Translations under genes and position numbers: made by a program | Origin: Desulfatiglandales bacterium | Lineage (GTDB): Bacteria > Desulfobacterota > DSM-4660 > Desulfatiglandales > Desulfatiglandaceae | Reading direction: 5' to 3' | DNA length: 64,000 nt | NCBI GenBank assembly: GCA_963662465.1 | Contig: OY759599.1 | Span: 1,504,001-1,568,000, forward strand | Notes under the pieces: generated by a model | What the model was told of the DNA's origin: nothing | Database searches by the model: none | What the model saw: the letters and a program-made list of their open reading frames with translations, nothing else | Shown: positions 50,303-60,939 of the stretch, piece by piece | Layout: each line of letters starts with the position of its first letter | How positions within the stretch are numbered: the stretch's first letter is position 1

Positions 50303-51191
50303 TTTTGGCCATGAAGAACCCCACCGAATTGACATGGTGGGGGTAAAATCTGGCTGTTTTTGTAAGACGTTTGTCATATACTTCATCTTTCCATTCCGAC
50401 AGTCCCGGTTCATAATCGATGCCCACATGGATGGGCAGCAGCTCCGCATCTCTCTCATTTAAAAGGAAATTAATCACCGATTCATTCTCTTCGGGGTTAT
50501 AGGTGCAGGTGGCGTAAAGCATTTGCCCGGTATCCGTCAGAAGGTCAAATCCTCGAAGGAGTATCCTTTTCTGGATTTCGGGAAGCCTGATTCTTCTTTG
50601 GTCCTCATGGTAAGCGGTCTGCTTCAGGGTTTTCCTGAACCGACCTTCGCAGGAGCAGGGAACATCGGCCAAAATATAGTCAAATGGTTGGCGCAAGGGA
50701 AATTCCTGTGCCTGGTAACCAGTTACCACCGCATTCTGTACGCCAAGCCTTGCGAGGGTATGCCCCAGGGATACATGCCGGGTTGCGTAGAGGTCGTTAC
50801 AAACAATGGCCCCCGTATTTTCCACCAGGTCCGCCAGATGAGCGCTTTTGCCGCCCGGCGCCGCACACATGTCAAGAATCAGCGTATCCTTGGTGGGGGC
50901 CAGGGCGATGGGGGCCAGGGCGGAGGTCAGGGCCTGGGGATGGATGTGCCCCAGAAAATATTCCAGCAGGTTTCCGGAAGTGGGGATATCTTCCGCAATA
51001 TAAAGGGTGTCGTGTTTGCGGCAGGCCCGGGTCAGGGAAACGCCTTTTTCCGTTAAAGTGGATACCACTTGTTGGGACGTCGCCATCAAGTGATTGATTC
51101 TCAGGTGAACCGGAAAGGGCCTTTCCAGGCTTTCCTCAAAAAGCGGAAAATCGTGAATGATGTCTTTATAAGCTTCAAACGTATCGGTCAT
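50286..51191 (-). CDS. RsmB/NOP2-family RNA m5C methyltransferase
   Basis: 'LDMCAAPGGKS', 'DVPCSCEG', 'YATCTYNPEENE', 'GFFMAK'. Confidence 0.9.
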   Translation of the reverse strand: MTDTFEAYKDIIHDFPLFEESLERPFPVHLRINHLMATSQQVVSTLTEKGVSLTRACRKHDTLYIAEDIPTSGNLLEYFLGHIHPQALTSALAPIALAPTKDTLILDMCAAPGGKSAHLADLVENTGAIVCNDLYATRHVSLGHTLARLGVQNAVVTGYQAQEFPLRQPFDYILADVPCSCEGRFRKTLKQTAYHEDQRRIRLPEIQKRILLRGFDLLTDTGQMLYATCTYNPEENESVINFLLNERDAELLPIHVGIDYEPGLSEWKDEVYDKRLTKTARFYPHHVNSVGFFMAKIGRKW

Positions 51192-51288
51192 GGGATCAAA
51201 AATTCCGGGATTAAATGTTTGTGCCTGGGTTACCAGGCCGGCGCGTGGGAACAAGGACAGCATCCCTTCTAATACTAGGCGTTCCCCC

Positions 51289-51308
51289 TTTCATTGTCAA
51301 TTCTCAAT
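51289..51308. repeat. 20-bp direct repeat, copy 1
   Basis: TTTCATTGTCAATTCTCAAT, identical at 52888-52907. Confidence 0.9.
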
Positions 51309-51311
51309 ATC

Positions 51312-51602
51312 ACCCCTTGTTGAAAGGCAAATTCCAGGAACTGGTCATGGCTCTTTTCAAAAAGACCGATCGGCCCGTGGTCATCCTGATCGACGAATAC
51401 GATAAACCCATCATCGATCATCTGGGCAAAGGCGATGCAGCCATTGAAATCGCCAAGGCCAACCGGGATATTCTGAAGTCGTTTTTGGGTTTTACCTGAT
51501 GGTCTCCGCTACAAAGGCCTCGGCAAAAAGCGCCTGCTCATGGGCATCGGCTTTGACCCGAAAAAGCGTCAGGTGGCAGGCTGGAAGCTGGAAAGCCTCT
51601 GA
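51312..51602 (+). pseudogene. Doubly deleted paralog of the AAA/PD-(D/E)XK gene at 10467-12047
   Basis: Three collinear pieces: '..IDEYDKPIIDHLGKGDAA.EIAKANRDILKSFLG', TTTTACCTGATGGT (FYLMV), 'RYKGLGKK.LLMGIGFD..W'. Confidence 0.88.
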
Positions 51603-51805
51603 GGCAGGCAGGCCCCCCCTCGTTCCCCTTAAGTAACGTAAAATTAAAATCGGCATTATTTAAAACGTAAAACGTAAGAATCTAAGATAGCTCGGGTTCT
51701 CCATCGCGTTGCCGCGCCATTGATTTGTGAAAGGATCCTTTTCCCCGCAGGGATGTACCCCATAAACTTCTTTACTTTTGATGATGCTGTCATTAATATT
51801 CAATC

Positions 51806-52565
51806 ATGTATATCGCAAGAATATTGACAAACAAGCTTTACAAGCTGGTCGAATCCTTCCCTGTCGTTGTTGTCAGCGGCGCCAGGCAAGTCGGAAAAAG
51901 TACACTGCTCCAGAATACATTGTACCTACATTGAGCGGGATGTGAGGCTTTTAGCTGAAGTATCAAGTTTGCAGTTATTCGGCAGATTCATTCAACTTGT
52001 TTCCGCCTTAACAGCGCAGGAAATAAATTACAGCCAACTTGGCAGAGAATTAGGCCTGACGCCGCAAACCGCGCAAAGATGGCTTGATATTTTAAAAGCC
52101 ACTTTCCAATGGTTTGAGATTCCCGCTTATTCGGGAAATTTAATAAAAAGGGTCAGCAGCAAGTCAAAAGGATATATTGCAGACACCGGCCTTGCCTGTT
52201 TGACTCAGGCGATCTCTACGCCTAAAGCCATAGGGGGCCATCCCCTTTGGGGCGCAATATTTGAAACTGCCGTTGCAGCTGAATTAAGGAAACAAACTTC
52301 TTTTTCATCACCCGTGCCTAATTTTTATCACTGGAGATCCTACAGCGGTGCGGAAGTTGATATTATACTGGAATATAACGGAATCCTTTACCCGATTGAA
52401 ATAAAAGCCAAAACCAATCCTTCCCGTCGTGATACAATGGGGATTTCCGCATTCCGCAAAAAATACCCACAGCTTAACATTGCTCAGGGTTTAGTAATTG
52501 CTCCATGCTCAGGGGTTATTCAGTTGTCCGAAAATGATTATGCGGCGCCCTGGGATTTGTTATAG
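51806..52565 (+). pseudogene. AAA_14/DUF4143-type ATPase with internal deletion and frameshift
   Basis: MYIARIL..'SGARQVGKSTLL' jumps near 51922 to 'TYIERDV..YIADTG..IFE..EVDII..PIEIK'. Confidence 0.85.
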
Positions 52566-52577
52566 CAAATAAACCGT

Positions 52578-52793
52578 ATGAGCCCCGGGAGCAACCGGCT
52601 GGAATATTACGATTTGAAAACGGACCCCCGGGAGCTGAAGAACCTTTTCAGCAGCCCGGAGGCCGCTGGTTACGGAGACCTCCAGGAGGTGTTGATGCAG
52701 TGGCGAAACAGTTGGAAAAAGGGGGATCAGGGAGAGAAGCGGGTGGATGAAAAAACCCGGGAGAAGCTCCGGTCGTTGGGGTATTTGCGGTAA
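52578..52793 (+). pseudogene. C-terminal remnant of a sulfatase-like protein
   Basis: 'EYYDLKTDPRELKNL' and terminal 'EKLRSLGYL'. Confidence 0.7.
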
Positions 52794-52850
52794 AACAAAA
52801 CAGCTGTTGTCATCTATTCTCATGAGCACCGAATCACTGGACTGCCAACC

Positions 52851-52876
52851 GGGCAGACACACAGGTCTGCCCTTAC
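52851..52876 (-). repeat. REP-like palindrome
   Basis: Minus strand GTAA-GGGCAGAC-CTGTGT-GTCTGCCC, resembling GTAG-family REPs. Confidence 0.6.
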
Positions 52877-52887
52877 CCACCCAATTT

Positions 52888-52907
52888 TTTCATTGTCAAT
52901 TCTCAAT
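52888..52907. repeat. 20-bp direct repeat, copy 2
   Basis: Identical to 51289-51308. Confidence 0.9.
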
Positions 52908-53065
52908 TTGCCGGAACTATTTTGAAAACATCCCGGCATCATTATTGATTGATATCTATTCGTTAATGTTGTAAAAAAAATAATGAAGTTTTGCTAATGA
53001 TCTTTTAATCCTTCCCAGGAGAAATCAAGGATGACGGTTCTAACATCTTCGGAAACAGGTTTTAG

Positions 53066-53305
53066 ATGCCGATTCGATTCGGCCATGATACCTCTTTTGC
53101 GGCTGCCCATGGGTATGAGGCTGCACGTCTGTTTTTGAAGGCCTTGAAAGGGAAACGCCCTTCAGAGACGCTCAAGGCGGCGATTCTGAATCAGAAGCGC
53201 TTCTTCGGGGTCCTTGGGGATTTCAGTCTGGATGGCTTCGGGGATCCCCAAAGAGACCGTTTTCTGGTGGTATCCAATGCGGGCCAATTCAGGGGGTTGG
53301 AGTAG
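53066..53305 (+). pseudogene. C-terminal remnant of a LivJ-like periplasmic binding protein
   Basis: 'RFG..FAAAHGYEAA..F.GVLGDFSLDGFGD' directly upstream of a Cache sensor kinase. Confidence 0.65.
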
Positions 53306-53309
53306 TGCC

Positions 53310-56258
53310 ATGAAATTCAATCCGAGGCTTCAAACCATTTTGGCCGTTAATTTTATTCTGGTGGCCCTGGTTCCCGTCGTCGCCATTGGATTTATTACCC
53401 TGCATCTGCTGACGACGAGCCTTAAAAAAGATATTGTTCAAAAAAACTCGCTTCTGGCCCAATCCCTGGCGGGTGAAGTCAAGCGATATCTGGCTGAACC
53501 TCAGGCCGTGCTGGGGCAGGCTGCAACGGTCATCCAAGATAAAGGAATGTTGAAATCATCCGATATCGATGGTTTTCTGGAAACAACGGTTGCGTCTTAC
53601 CCTTTTCTTTCCTGTATTCAGATGATCGATCATAAAGGATGGGTCATCCATATGGCCCCCTTTCGTGAAGATTCAGTGGGGATTGATCTGTCGGAACAGC
53701 CGTTTTTTAAGGTTACGTCAAAAACCCATACTCCCTATTTGTCTCCCACCTTTATTTCCGTGGAATCCCTTGCTCCCACCATGGTCATGACGCGGCCCAT
53801 GGACCAGGGGATGCTGGTCGGATATATTTCGCTTGAAGATCTGAGCCGTATTACGGGCAGGGTAAAAATCGGGGAGAAGGGGTATGCGGTCATGACGGAC
53901 CGTGAGGGGGCGATCATTGCCCATCCCAATGCTGCTTTTGTGGCACAACGGTTGAACATCAAACAGCTTGAGATAATTCGTCAGGGGCTGATGGGAAAGG
54001 AGGGAACCTTTTCTTACCGTTTTGATGGGGTGAAAAATCTGGGATGCGTTGCGGTTGTTCCGAGCATCGGATGGCCGGTGGTGGTGGTTCAGCCGTTGGA
54101 TGAGGCCTTTGCGCCGGTTAGGCGGCTGCAACGGGTGTTTTTGTGGGGCATTTCATTTTCCGTTATCTTGGCCCTGAGCATCGCGTTTTTCAGCCTCAAA
54201 AAAATTGTGACCCCTTTTTCGCGGCTTATTTCCGACACCGGCAATATTTCCCAGGGGAATTATCAGATTCCGCCCCATCGGAAAAGTTATCCGGAAATTG
54301 ATGCGCTGGCTGATGATTTCAGGATCATGGCCGTGTCGCTGGCAGCGCGGGAAGTGGCGCTGCAGCAAAGCGAAGAGAAATATCGAAACCTGGTAGAAGG
54401 AAGCTTCGACGGTATTTTTATTCAGAAGGGTCCCAGGATTATTTTTGCCAACCAGCGCTTGTGCGAGATGCTGGGGTATGACTGGAAAGAATTGGCGGGT
54501 CTGGATCACTGGAGGGTCTACCACCCCGAATACCGTGATTTGACGCGCGAAAGGGCTCAGGCTCGCATGCGCGGTGAAACCGTTACATCCCGCTACGAGG
54601 TAAAATTGCTGCGCAAAGATGGTTCCTGGTTTTTCGGGGAGGTATCCGCCAAAGCGATTCAACTGAACGGTGAAGCGGGTATTCAGGTGTGGATCAACGA
54701 TCTCACGGATCGTAAGGAGGCCGGCGCAGCGGTTTTGCGGTCGGAGAAGCGCTTTCGGGATTTGTTTAATGCCATCAGCGACCTGATTTACACACAGGAT
54801 CTGGAGGGTCGGTTTCTTTCTGCCAACCCGGCCATGTGTGCCCTTTTCGGCTACCATCTGAGAGAATTCCTGGGCCGGAGGGCCTTGGATTTCATGGACC
54901 CCGAAGTGCAGCTGTTATTTGAAAGCGAATACCTGGAAGTACTCAAAACGAAAGGCCGGTATGAGGGTGTTTCGGGCTATAAAGCAAAAGACGGACGCAG
55001 GATTTTCATTGAATATCACAGCACCCTGGTGAAGCCCGAAGAAGGAGAGCCGTACATCAGCGGTATCGGGCGGGATGTTACGGAACGGATACACTCCAAA
55101 AAGCAACTTAAGATGTTAAGGGAACAGGTCGCACAGGCTGAAAAAATGAAAGCCATAGGCGTTCTGGCCGGCGGTGTGGCCCATGATTTCAACAACCTTC
55201 TCATGGGCATTCAGGGGAACGCTTCTTTAATGCTCTTGACGGTGAGCAGCACCCATCCCCATCATGAAAAGCTCAAAAATATCGAAAAATATGTTCAACA
55301 GGGAGCGGATTTAACCCGGCAGCTGCTGGGGTTTGCCCGGGGCGGCAAATACGAGGTCAAGCCGACGGAGATCAATCGGCTTCTGGAGGATGAGTTGCGT
55401 CCTTTCCAGCGGACCCGTAAAGAACTCATGATTCATCGAGATTATCAGGAAGGCATCTGGATTGTCGATATTGACCGGGGGCAGATTATTCAGGCCCTGC
55501 TGAATCTTTTGATTAATGCCTGGCAGGCAATGCCCGGCGGCGGGGATCTCCAGGTTCAAACCCGGAATGTGAAAATTGACGAGGCGGAAAGCGGTTTGCA
55601 TCAAGTGGACCCCGGGAAATATGTTAAAATTTCCATAAGGGATTCAGGTGTGGGGATGGATGAAGGGACTCTGGCGAGAATCTTTGAACCGTTCTTCACT
55701 ACCAAGGGGATGGGAAGAGGCACCGGTTTGGGTCTGGCATCGGTTTATGGTACGATTAAGAACCATGGCGGTTTTATTCATGTGGAGAGCGAACCGGGCC
55801 AGGGAACGGTATTTCATATTCATCTGCCGGCATCCATGTCTACCGTAAAGGAGACAAACGTCAGCGTCAGTGCCGTGCCGTTTCAGGGAAAAGGTGAAAA
55901 AATCCTCTTGGTGGATGATGAAGAAATGATCCTGGATGTGGGCGAACAGATGCTTGAGAAGCTGGGTTACGGCGTTATCACGGCAAACAGGGGGGAGGCT
56001 GCCGTTGAGATATCGAAAAGAGAAAAAGATGGGATTGCCATGGTGATTCTTGATATGATCATGCCCGGCATGGGCGGCGGAGAAACCTATGACCGCTTGA
56101 AGGAGATCAAAAAAGATGCAAAAGTGTTGCTTTCCAGCGGGTACAGCATCGATGGGCAGGCACGGGAAATCCTTGACCGGGGATGCAGTGGGTTTATTCA
56201 GAAGCCCTTTAACCTCGAAACACTGTCTCGGATGGTTCGGAAGGTGTTGATCGGTTGA
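53310..56258 (+). CDS. Hybrid sensor kinase (Cache-HAMP-PAS-PAS-HisKA-HATPase-REC)
   Basis: Two TMs, 'GAIIAHPN', two PAS, 'AHDFNNLL', '[14 protein letters not shown]', REC 'LVDDE..LDMIMP..KPF'. Confidence 0.93.
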   Translation: MKFNPRLQTILAVNFILVALVPVVAIGFITLHLLTTSLKKDIVQKNSLLAQSLAGEVKRYLAEPQAVLGQAATVIQDKGMLKSSDIDGFLETTVASYPFLSCIQMIDHKGWVIHMAPFREDSVGIDLSEQPFFKVTSKTHTPYLSPTFISVESLAPTMVMTRPMDQGMLVGYISLEDLSRITGRVKIGEKGYAVMTDREGAIIAHPNAAFVAQRLNIKQLEIIRQGLMGKEGTFSYRFDGVKNLGCVAVVPSIGWPVVVVQPLDEAFAPVRRLQRVFLWGISFSVILALSIAFFSLKKIVTPFSRLISDTGNISQGNYQIPPHRKSYPEIDALADDFRIMAVSLAAREVALQQSEEKYRNLVEGSFDGIFIQKGPRIIFANQRLCEMLGYDWKELAGLDHWRVYHPEYRDLTRERAQARMRGETVTSRYEVKLLRKDGSWFFGEVSAKAIQLNGEAGIQVWINDLTDRKEAGAAVLRSEKRFRDLFNAISDLIYTQDLEGRFLSANPAMCALFGYHLREFLGRRALDFMDPEVQLLFESEYLEVLKTKGRYEGVSGYKAKDGRRIFIEYHSTLVKPEEGEPYISGIGRDVTERIHSKKQLKMLREQVAQAEKMKAIGVLAGGVAHDFNNLLMGIQGNASLMLLTVSSTHPHHEKLKNIEKYVQQGADLTRQLLGFARGGKYEVKPTEINRLLEDELRPFQRTRKELMIHRDYQEGIWIVDIDRGQIIQALLNLLINAWQAMPGGGDLQVQTRNVKIDEAESGLHQVDPGKYVKISIRDSGVGMDEGTLARIFEPFFTTKGMGRGTGLGLASVYGTIKNHGGFIHVESEPGQGTVFHIHLPASMSTVKETNVSVSAVPFQGKGEKILLVDDEEMILDVGEQMLEKLGYGVITANRGEAAVEISKREKDGIAMVILDMIMPGMGGGETYDRLKEIKKDAKVLLSSGYSIDGQAREILDRGCSGFIQKPFNLETLSRMVRKVLIG

Positions 56259-56321
56259 ACGTCAGGGTGGGCGGATCTTGTGTTTGCTCTGGAAAAAATA
56301 AAAAGGAAAGGAGCGGCGGGT

Positions 56322-58175
56322 ATGCAAAGGGCGGCGGTTACCTTGGAACTGAACCCTGAAAAGGCCTCAAAAAGGAAAGAAGCGGCGATCCATCGTTTGA
56401 ATGTGATGCAGTTTCCCGTCCTGAGGGTGTTTGGTTTTTTTCTCCTGGCGTTTTTTGTATTCATCCATAATTATTATATATCCAGGGCCTTTTCGTGGGA
56501 AGAAACTTCTCAATTTCAGGTGATTGCCTTTTCCTATGCCGGATTTTCGTGGTTCGTCCTTTATCTTTTTTTCGGGAAGACCGGTAGATTTGATCTCGGC
56601 CTTTTCTTTTTAATTGCGGACTTTTTCGTGTTTGCGCTAGCCATATATTTTTCAGGCGGTCAGCGGAGCCTTCTTTTTTTCATCTTTCTGATTCGTGTTG
56701 CCGATCAAGCCAACACCAATTTCAGGCGAGTCATTGTTTTTTCACACATTGCCGTTGCCGTTTATGGGGGTCTACTCCTCTATCTCCACTATTTTGAGCA
56801 TGAAGATATCTGGTTGGCATATGAAATCCCAAAACTATTGGGACTTTATCTGGCAGGCATCTATATTTCTTTTACCGCGAGGACGGCTGAAGGACTCAGG
56901 AACCGAACGAAGGCTGCCATGAAACTGGCCCGGGAGTCCATTGAAAGGTTGGAGGTCCAATCAACGGAATTAAGAGATGCGAAGCTCAGGGCCGAAGCCG
57001 GCAACCTCGCCAAGATTGAATTTTTGGCCAACATCAATCACGAAATTCGCACGCCGCTCAATGGTATCATCGGCATGATTCATTTGGTTCGGGATACCGC
57101 CCTGGACGAGGAGCAGCAGGAGCATCTGGGACTGGCGAGCCAATCCGCGGATGTGCTTTCGGGCATCTTGAATGATATTCTCGATTTTACCAAAAGCGAT
57201 GCCAATGCCATTGTGTTGAAACCCAAGCCTTTTGATTTGAGGGCGTTGCTCAACAATGTGGGAGAGACCATTTCACCGTCGGCAGCGGAAAAAGGATTGC
57301 GATTTATCCTCGACTGTGCTGATGATGCGCCATACCAGTTGTTGGGAGATTCAAGCCGGCTGCGGCAAATCCTGGTTCACCTGGGCCGTAACGCCATCAA
57401 ATTTACCGAGGCGGGCAACGTGATGATGCATGCCGAAATTGAGGAGCGAACCGATGAATCCATTTCGTTACATTTTATGGTGTCGGATACGGGCATCGGC
57501 ATCCCCGAAGACAGGTTGAAAGGCGTGTTTGATACCTTCAGCCAAGTGGATGGTTCCAGCACGCGAAAGTATGGCGGCGCGGGTTTGGGGCTGGCGCTGG
57601 CCAGTCGTATCGTGGATATGATGGGAGGCCGCATCTGGGTGGAAAGCCCGGCAAATCATTTATGCCCGGAAGAAGGTGGGCCGGTGCGGGAGGATATTCA
57701 AGCATCCGTTGGTCCGGGGAGTGCCTTCCATTTTGTACTCCCTTTTCCACGATCCCGTAATGAGACATCCCCGAAGTCGCCTGGTCCCGGGTTGCTGATT
57801 CCCGTCACGTCGTCCCCGGTGAAGGGAAACGTCAAAGAGACGACGAAGCCTCTCGATTTTACAAAGGCAACGGAAATGTTTGATGGGGATATGAATCTTT
57901 TCAAAGAAATCGCCACCTTGTTTGTCGAAGATTTTCCGAAAAAAGCGGATCTGATCCTGGAGGGAATCAGAAAGAAAGATGGCGATATGGTGGTGCAGGG
58001 GGCGCAAAACCTGAAGGATTCAGCGGGAAGTCTCGGAGCGGATCAAATTTTTGATGCATCCTATCGTCTTGAAGTTATGGGCGTTGAAAATCGCTTGCCC
58101 GAGGCTGAGACGCTTTTGGCGGAATTAACGGTTGCCGTGGCGTCCTTTAAGGCGGCGCTGGAAGAGATTCAATAA
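56322..58175 (+). CDS. Membrane histidine kinase with degenerate Hpt domain and no receiver
   Basis: Multi-TM N-term, '[10 protein letters not shown]', 'DTGIGI', '[11 protein letters not shown]', Hpt-like '[14 protein letters not shown]'. Confidence 0.88.
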   Translation: MQRAAVTLELNPEKASKRKEAAIHRLNVMQFPVLRVFGFFLLAFFVFIHNYYISRAFSWEETSQFQVIAFSYAGFSWFVLYLFFGKTGRFDLGLFFLIADFFVFALAIYFSGGQRSLLFFIFLIRVADQANTNFRRVIVFSHIAVAVYGGLLLYLHYFEHEDIWLAYEIPKLLGLYLAGIYISFTARTAEGLRNRTKAAMKLARESIERLEVQSTELRDAKLRAEAGNLAKIEFLANINHEIRTPLNGIIGMIHLVRDTALDEEQQEHLGLASQSADVLSGILNDILDFTKSDANAIVLKPKPFDLRALLNNVGETISPSAAEKGLRFILDCADDAPYQLLGDSSRLRQILVHLGRNAIKFTEAGNVMMHAEIEERTDESISLHFMVSDTGIGIPEDRLKGVFDTFSQVDGSSTRKYGGAGLGLALASRIVDMMGGRIWVESPANHLCPEEGGPVREDIQASVGPGSAFHFVLPFPRSRNETSPKSPGPGLLIPVTSSPVKGNVKETTKPLDFTKATEMFDGDMNLFKEIATLFVEDFPKKADLILEGIRKKDGDMVVQGAQNLKDSAGSLGADQIFDASYRLEVMGVENRLPEAETLLAELTVAVASFKAALEEIQ

Positions 58176-58209
58176 AATGGAAGGGGAGAAGCCTTCCAAC
58201 CTTTATTCA

Positions 58210-59181
58210 TCATATCATGAAATTCTTGAACTCTTTTTTATCCGGAACCGTTACGGATACGATTCGGTTTATATCGGGGCCAACAATCCGAACATCCTGA
58301 ATTTCCCCTTCCTTCGCGTCGCTGTAGGAAAGTGTGATTTGGGTGGCCAGGTCAATGGCCTCGGTCAAAAGGTTTCCCGACATCAAAACAGCGGGGCCCG
58401 GGACCGAAACGGTGTTCAGAATTATATCCTCTTTTGTCGCAAGTTCCCGGAGTTTTTCATTTTCCCCTTTGTTTCGGCCCACCACAACTTTGGCGTCAGC
58501 GCTGATTCTGAAATGCCTTCCCAGTTTTAAGGTTTCCAGATGATTGACAACCACTTCGGATTTTGAGGAGAGCAGGTCTTTCAGTCGGCGGGAAAAGCCC
58601 CTTTCCGTCAACATGCATCCCCCCGCAGGAGCGGGATAATCCCCCAGTCCCAGATCGATCGCCATTGCCATCTGCGGTTTCCGGGAACGCCCCTGAAAGC
58701 CCTTTAACTGATCTCTTTGGACCCAGCCTTTTTCTTCCGGGATGGTGGGGGTCAGGCATTTTGCCGAAAGGGGCCTAAGCAGCATTCCGTGAAGTCCGCT
58801 TTCCTCGGCAACCAAACTGAGCGCCCTCTTGTTTTGGCTCATGGGCCTCTGCCCCATGACCTCCCCGGTAAAAATAAACGAGGCTTCTTCCGGTTCAAGC
58901 ATTTCCCCGGCAATGCGAAACATCAGGGCGTGGCAATCGATGCAGGGATTCATGTTCCCGCCGTAGCCATGTTTCGGGTGCTTGACCACCTCAAGATGCC
59001 GCTCGGTTATATCGACGACCTTAAACGGCAGGTCCATGGACCGGGCCGACGCCCTGGCCCTGTGGGATGTAAAGAACGGGGTCTCAAAAAAAAGGGCCAG
59101 AACGTCTATGCCCTGTGCCCTTATCAATTCGGCGGCCAGCATGCTGTCGAGGCCGCCTGAAAAAACGCAGATTGCTTTCAT
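58210..59181 (-). CDS. ThiI/MnmA-like PP-loop tRNA sulfurtransferase-family protein
   Basis: 'FSGGLDS', 'NPCIDC', 'TGEVMGQRPMSQ', 'PAGGC'. Confidence 0.8.
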   Translation of the reverse strand: MKAICVFSGGLDSMLAAELIRAQGIDVLALFFETPFFTSHRARASARSMDLPFKVVDITERHLEVVKHPKHGYGGNMNPCIDCHALMFRIAGEMLEPEEASFIFTGEVMGQRPMSQNKRALSLVAEESGLHGMLLRPLSAKCLTPTIPEEKGWVQRDQLKGFQGRSRKPQMAMAIDLGLGDYPAPAGGCMLTERGFSRRLKDLLSSKSEVVVNHLETLKLGRHFRISADAKVVVGRNKGENEKLRELATKEDIILNTVSVPGPAVLMSGNLLTEAIDLATQITLSYSDAKEGEIQDVRIVGPDINRIVSVTVPDKKEFKNFMI

Positions 59182-59198
59182 CTGAAATGATCTTCTTC

Positions 59199-60113
59199 CT
59201 ATAATTCCGCCTTTGCCAGCGAAGCCATCACGGTTTTTTGCTCTTCCGTCAGTTCTTTGGGAATATCGATGCCGATTTCAATATAGGCATTTCCCTTGCC
59301 CGAACCATTATAGATGGGCAATCCAAAATTCTTAAGCCTGAATTTGGCGCTGTCTTGAGTCCCGGGAGGGATTTTGAGTTTGAGTACCTTTTCTTCCAGG
59401 GTGGGCACCTCAATATCAGCCCCCAGGACGGCCTGTGAAAATTTGATTTTCTGCTTTAGATACAGATCGGCATTTTCCCTCCGGAACAGCGGATGAGAGA
59501 CCTCTTTGATCTGAACGTAAAGATCCCCCGCGGGCCCGCCATAGGGTCCCGGCTGCCCTTTTCCCTGCAATCTCAACTTCTGCCCATCCTTGATGCCGGC
59601 GGGCACTTTCACGGAGACCTGTTCCTGGTGGCCGTTGATCTGATAGGTAATGGTCTTGCTGGTGGGTTTGAGCAGTTCTTCCAGGGTCATGGGGAGTTCA
59701 TAGATCAGATTTTGACCCCTTATGGTTTGTCCCCGGTCTTGAAATCCATCAAAACCGCGTCCGCCGCAACCACCGCCGGGCATGCGGCCAAAACCTCCCT
59801 GACTCCTGCCGCCTCTTCCGAAGCCGAATTCCTTGAAAATGCTGCCCAGGTCAAAATCCCGGAAAATATCTTCCTGGCTGAATCTGTTTTGAAAGCCTTC
59901 AGCACCGAACATATCATACTGTTGTTTTTTCCCAGGATCACGAAGGACGGCGTAGGCCTCATTGAGATCCTTGAATGTCGCTTCGGCGGATTTATCCCCT
60001 TCGTTATGATCCGGGTGATATTTCAGCGCCAGCTTACGATAGGATTTTTTAATTTCCTCGGGGGAAGCTGATTTATCAACTCCCAGAATTTCATAGTAGT
60101 CTTTTCCGGACAT
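59199..60113 (-). CDS. DnaJ-class chaperone without zinc finger (CbpA-like)
   Basis: J-domain 'DYYEILG..HPD', G/F region, 'GDLYV'. Confidence 0.92.
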   Translation of the reverse strand: MSGKDYYEILGVDKSASPEEIKKSYRKLALKYHPDHNEGDKSAEATFKDLNEAYAVLRDPGKKQQYDMFGAEGFQNRFSQEDIFRDFDLGSIFKEFGFGRGGRSQGGFGRMPGGGCGGRGFDGFQDRGQTIRGQNLIYELPMTLEELLKPTSKTITYQINGHQEQVSVKVPAGIKDGQKLRLQGKGQPGPYGGPAGDLYVQIKEVSHPLFRRENADLYLKQKIKFSQAVLGADIEVPTLEEKVLKLKIPPGTQDSAKFRLKNFGLPIYNGSGKGNAYIEIGIDIPKELTEEQKTVMASLAKAEL

Positions 60114-60122
60114 GGTTTATAT

Positions 60123-60155
60123 ACGTTTTAAGTTTTAAGTTTTAGGTTTTAAGTT
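60123..60155. repeat. Heptamer tandem repeat (AGTTTTA-like)
   Basis: acgttttaagttttaagttttaggttttaagtt. Confidence 0.85.
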
Positions 60156-60190
60156 AAAACATCAGTACCCTCGAAAATTAAGCACAAGGT

Positions 60191-60934
60191 TCAGGAAGTC
60201 AAGGACGGAGACGATGGGATGTTCATATCTTTTTCCAGGTGATAAAGCGTGGCGCCCACGGGGGCAAACGAAAGGAGTAGGATATTTAAGCCTGGGATCA
60301 GAAACGGGATGCCGAACCCGAGGTGAAAAGGGAGGGTTCCCAGCAGAAAGCGGAACCGGACGCCAAAAGGGCTCATCCGTCTGGCGGGTATCAGGTCCGT
60401 ATTGTCCCATGCAAGGAATACGGCGGCAATCCCCGAGGAAAGGATCGTTACAAAAGGTCCCAGTGGGGTGAGCCAGCCCAAAAGCATCAGGAGTATGGCC
60501 AATAATACCGGGATGGTGGCGCGGGGAATTTCCTGCTTGATTAGATAACCAAAGAAACGGAGGAACGAAATGTTTTCCGCTTCAGCAATTCGACCGGTGA
60601 TTTTCTGCTCAGTGATCCGGGACATATGATCCATAATTAGAACACTGAAAAAGATTTGGGAGATCAGGTAAGAAAACAGGGTCGATAACCCCACAAGCGC
60701 AAGGGTCAAGATCCAGGACACCACATACCATAACCAGAGAATCCAGTGGCTTGCGGGTTTGCTCCAGATAATTTCAAGGATTTCGCGCTGGTACGCAAAA
60801 ATAAAACCGGCGGCAAGGATGGTCAGCAGTATGACCACGATAAACCGCAATAACCCCCAGAAAAGAAGCCGGGGCGTCTTCATCCCCAGCGAAAGACCTC
60901 GAAAATTATAGCCAATCCCTTTTAAAAAATTCAT
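60191..60934 (-). CDS. EI24/CysZ-like membrane protein
   Basis: Hydrophobic helices, 'FLAWDNTD..P.R', 'IPGLN..APVGAT'. Confidence 0.75.
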   Translation of the reverse strand: MNFLKGIGYNFRGLSLGMKTPRLLFWGLLRFIVVILLTILAAGFIFAYQREILEIIWSKPASHWILWLWYVVSWILTLALVGLSTLFSYLISQIFFSVLIMDHMSRITEQKITGRIAEAENISFLRFFGYLIKQEIPRATIPVLLAILLMLLGWLTPLGPFVTILSSGIAAVFLAWDNTDLIPARRMSPFGVRFRFLLGTLPFHLGFGIPFLIPGLNILLLSFAPVGATLYHLEKDMNIPSSPSLTS

Positions 60935-60939
60935 TTTGT

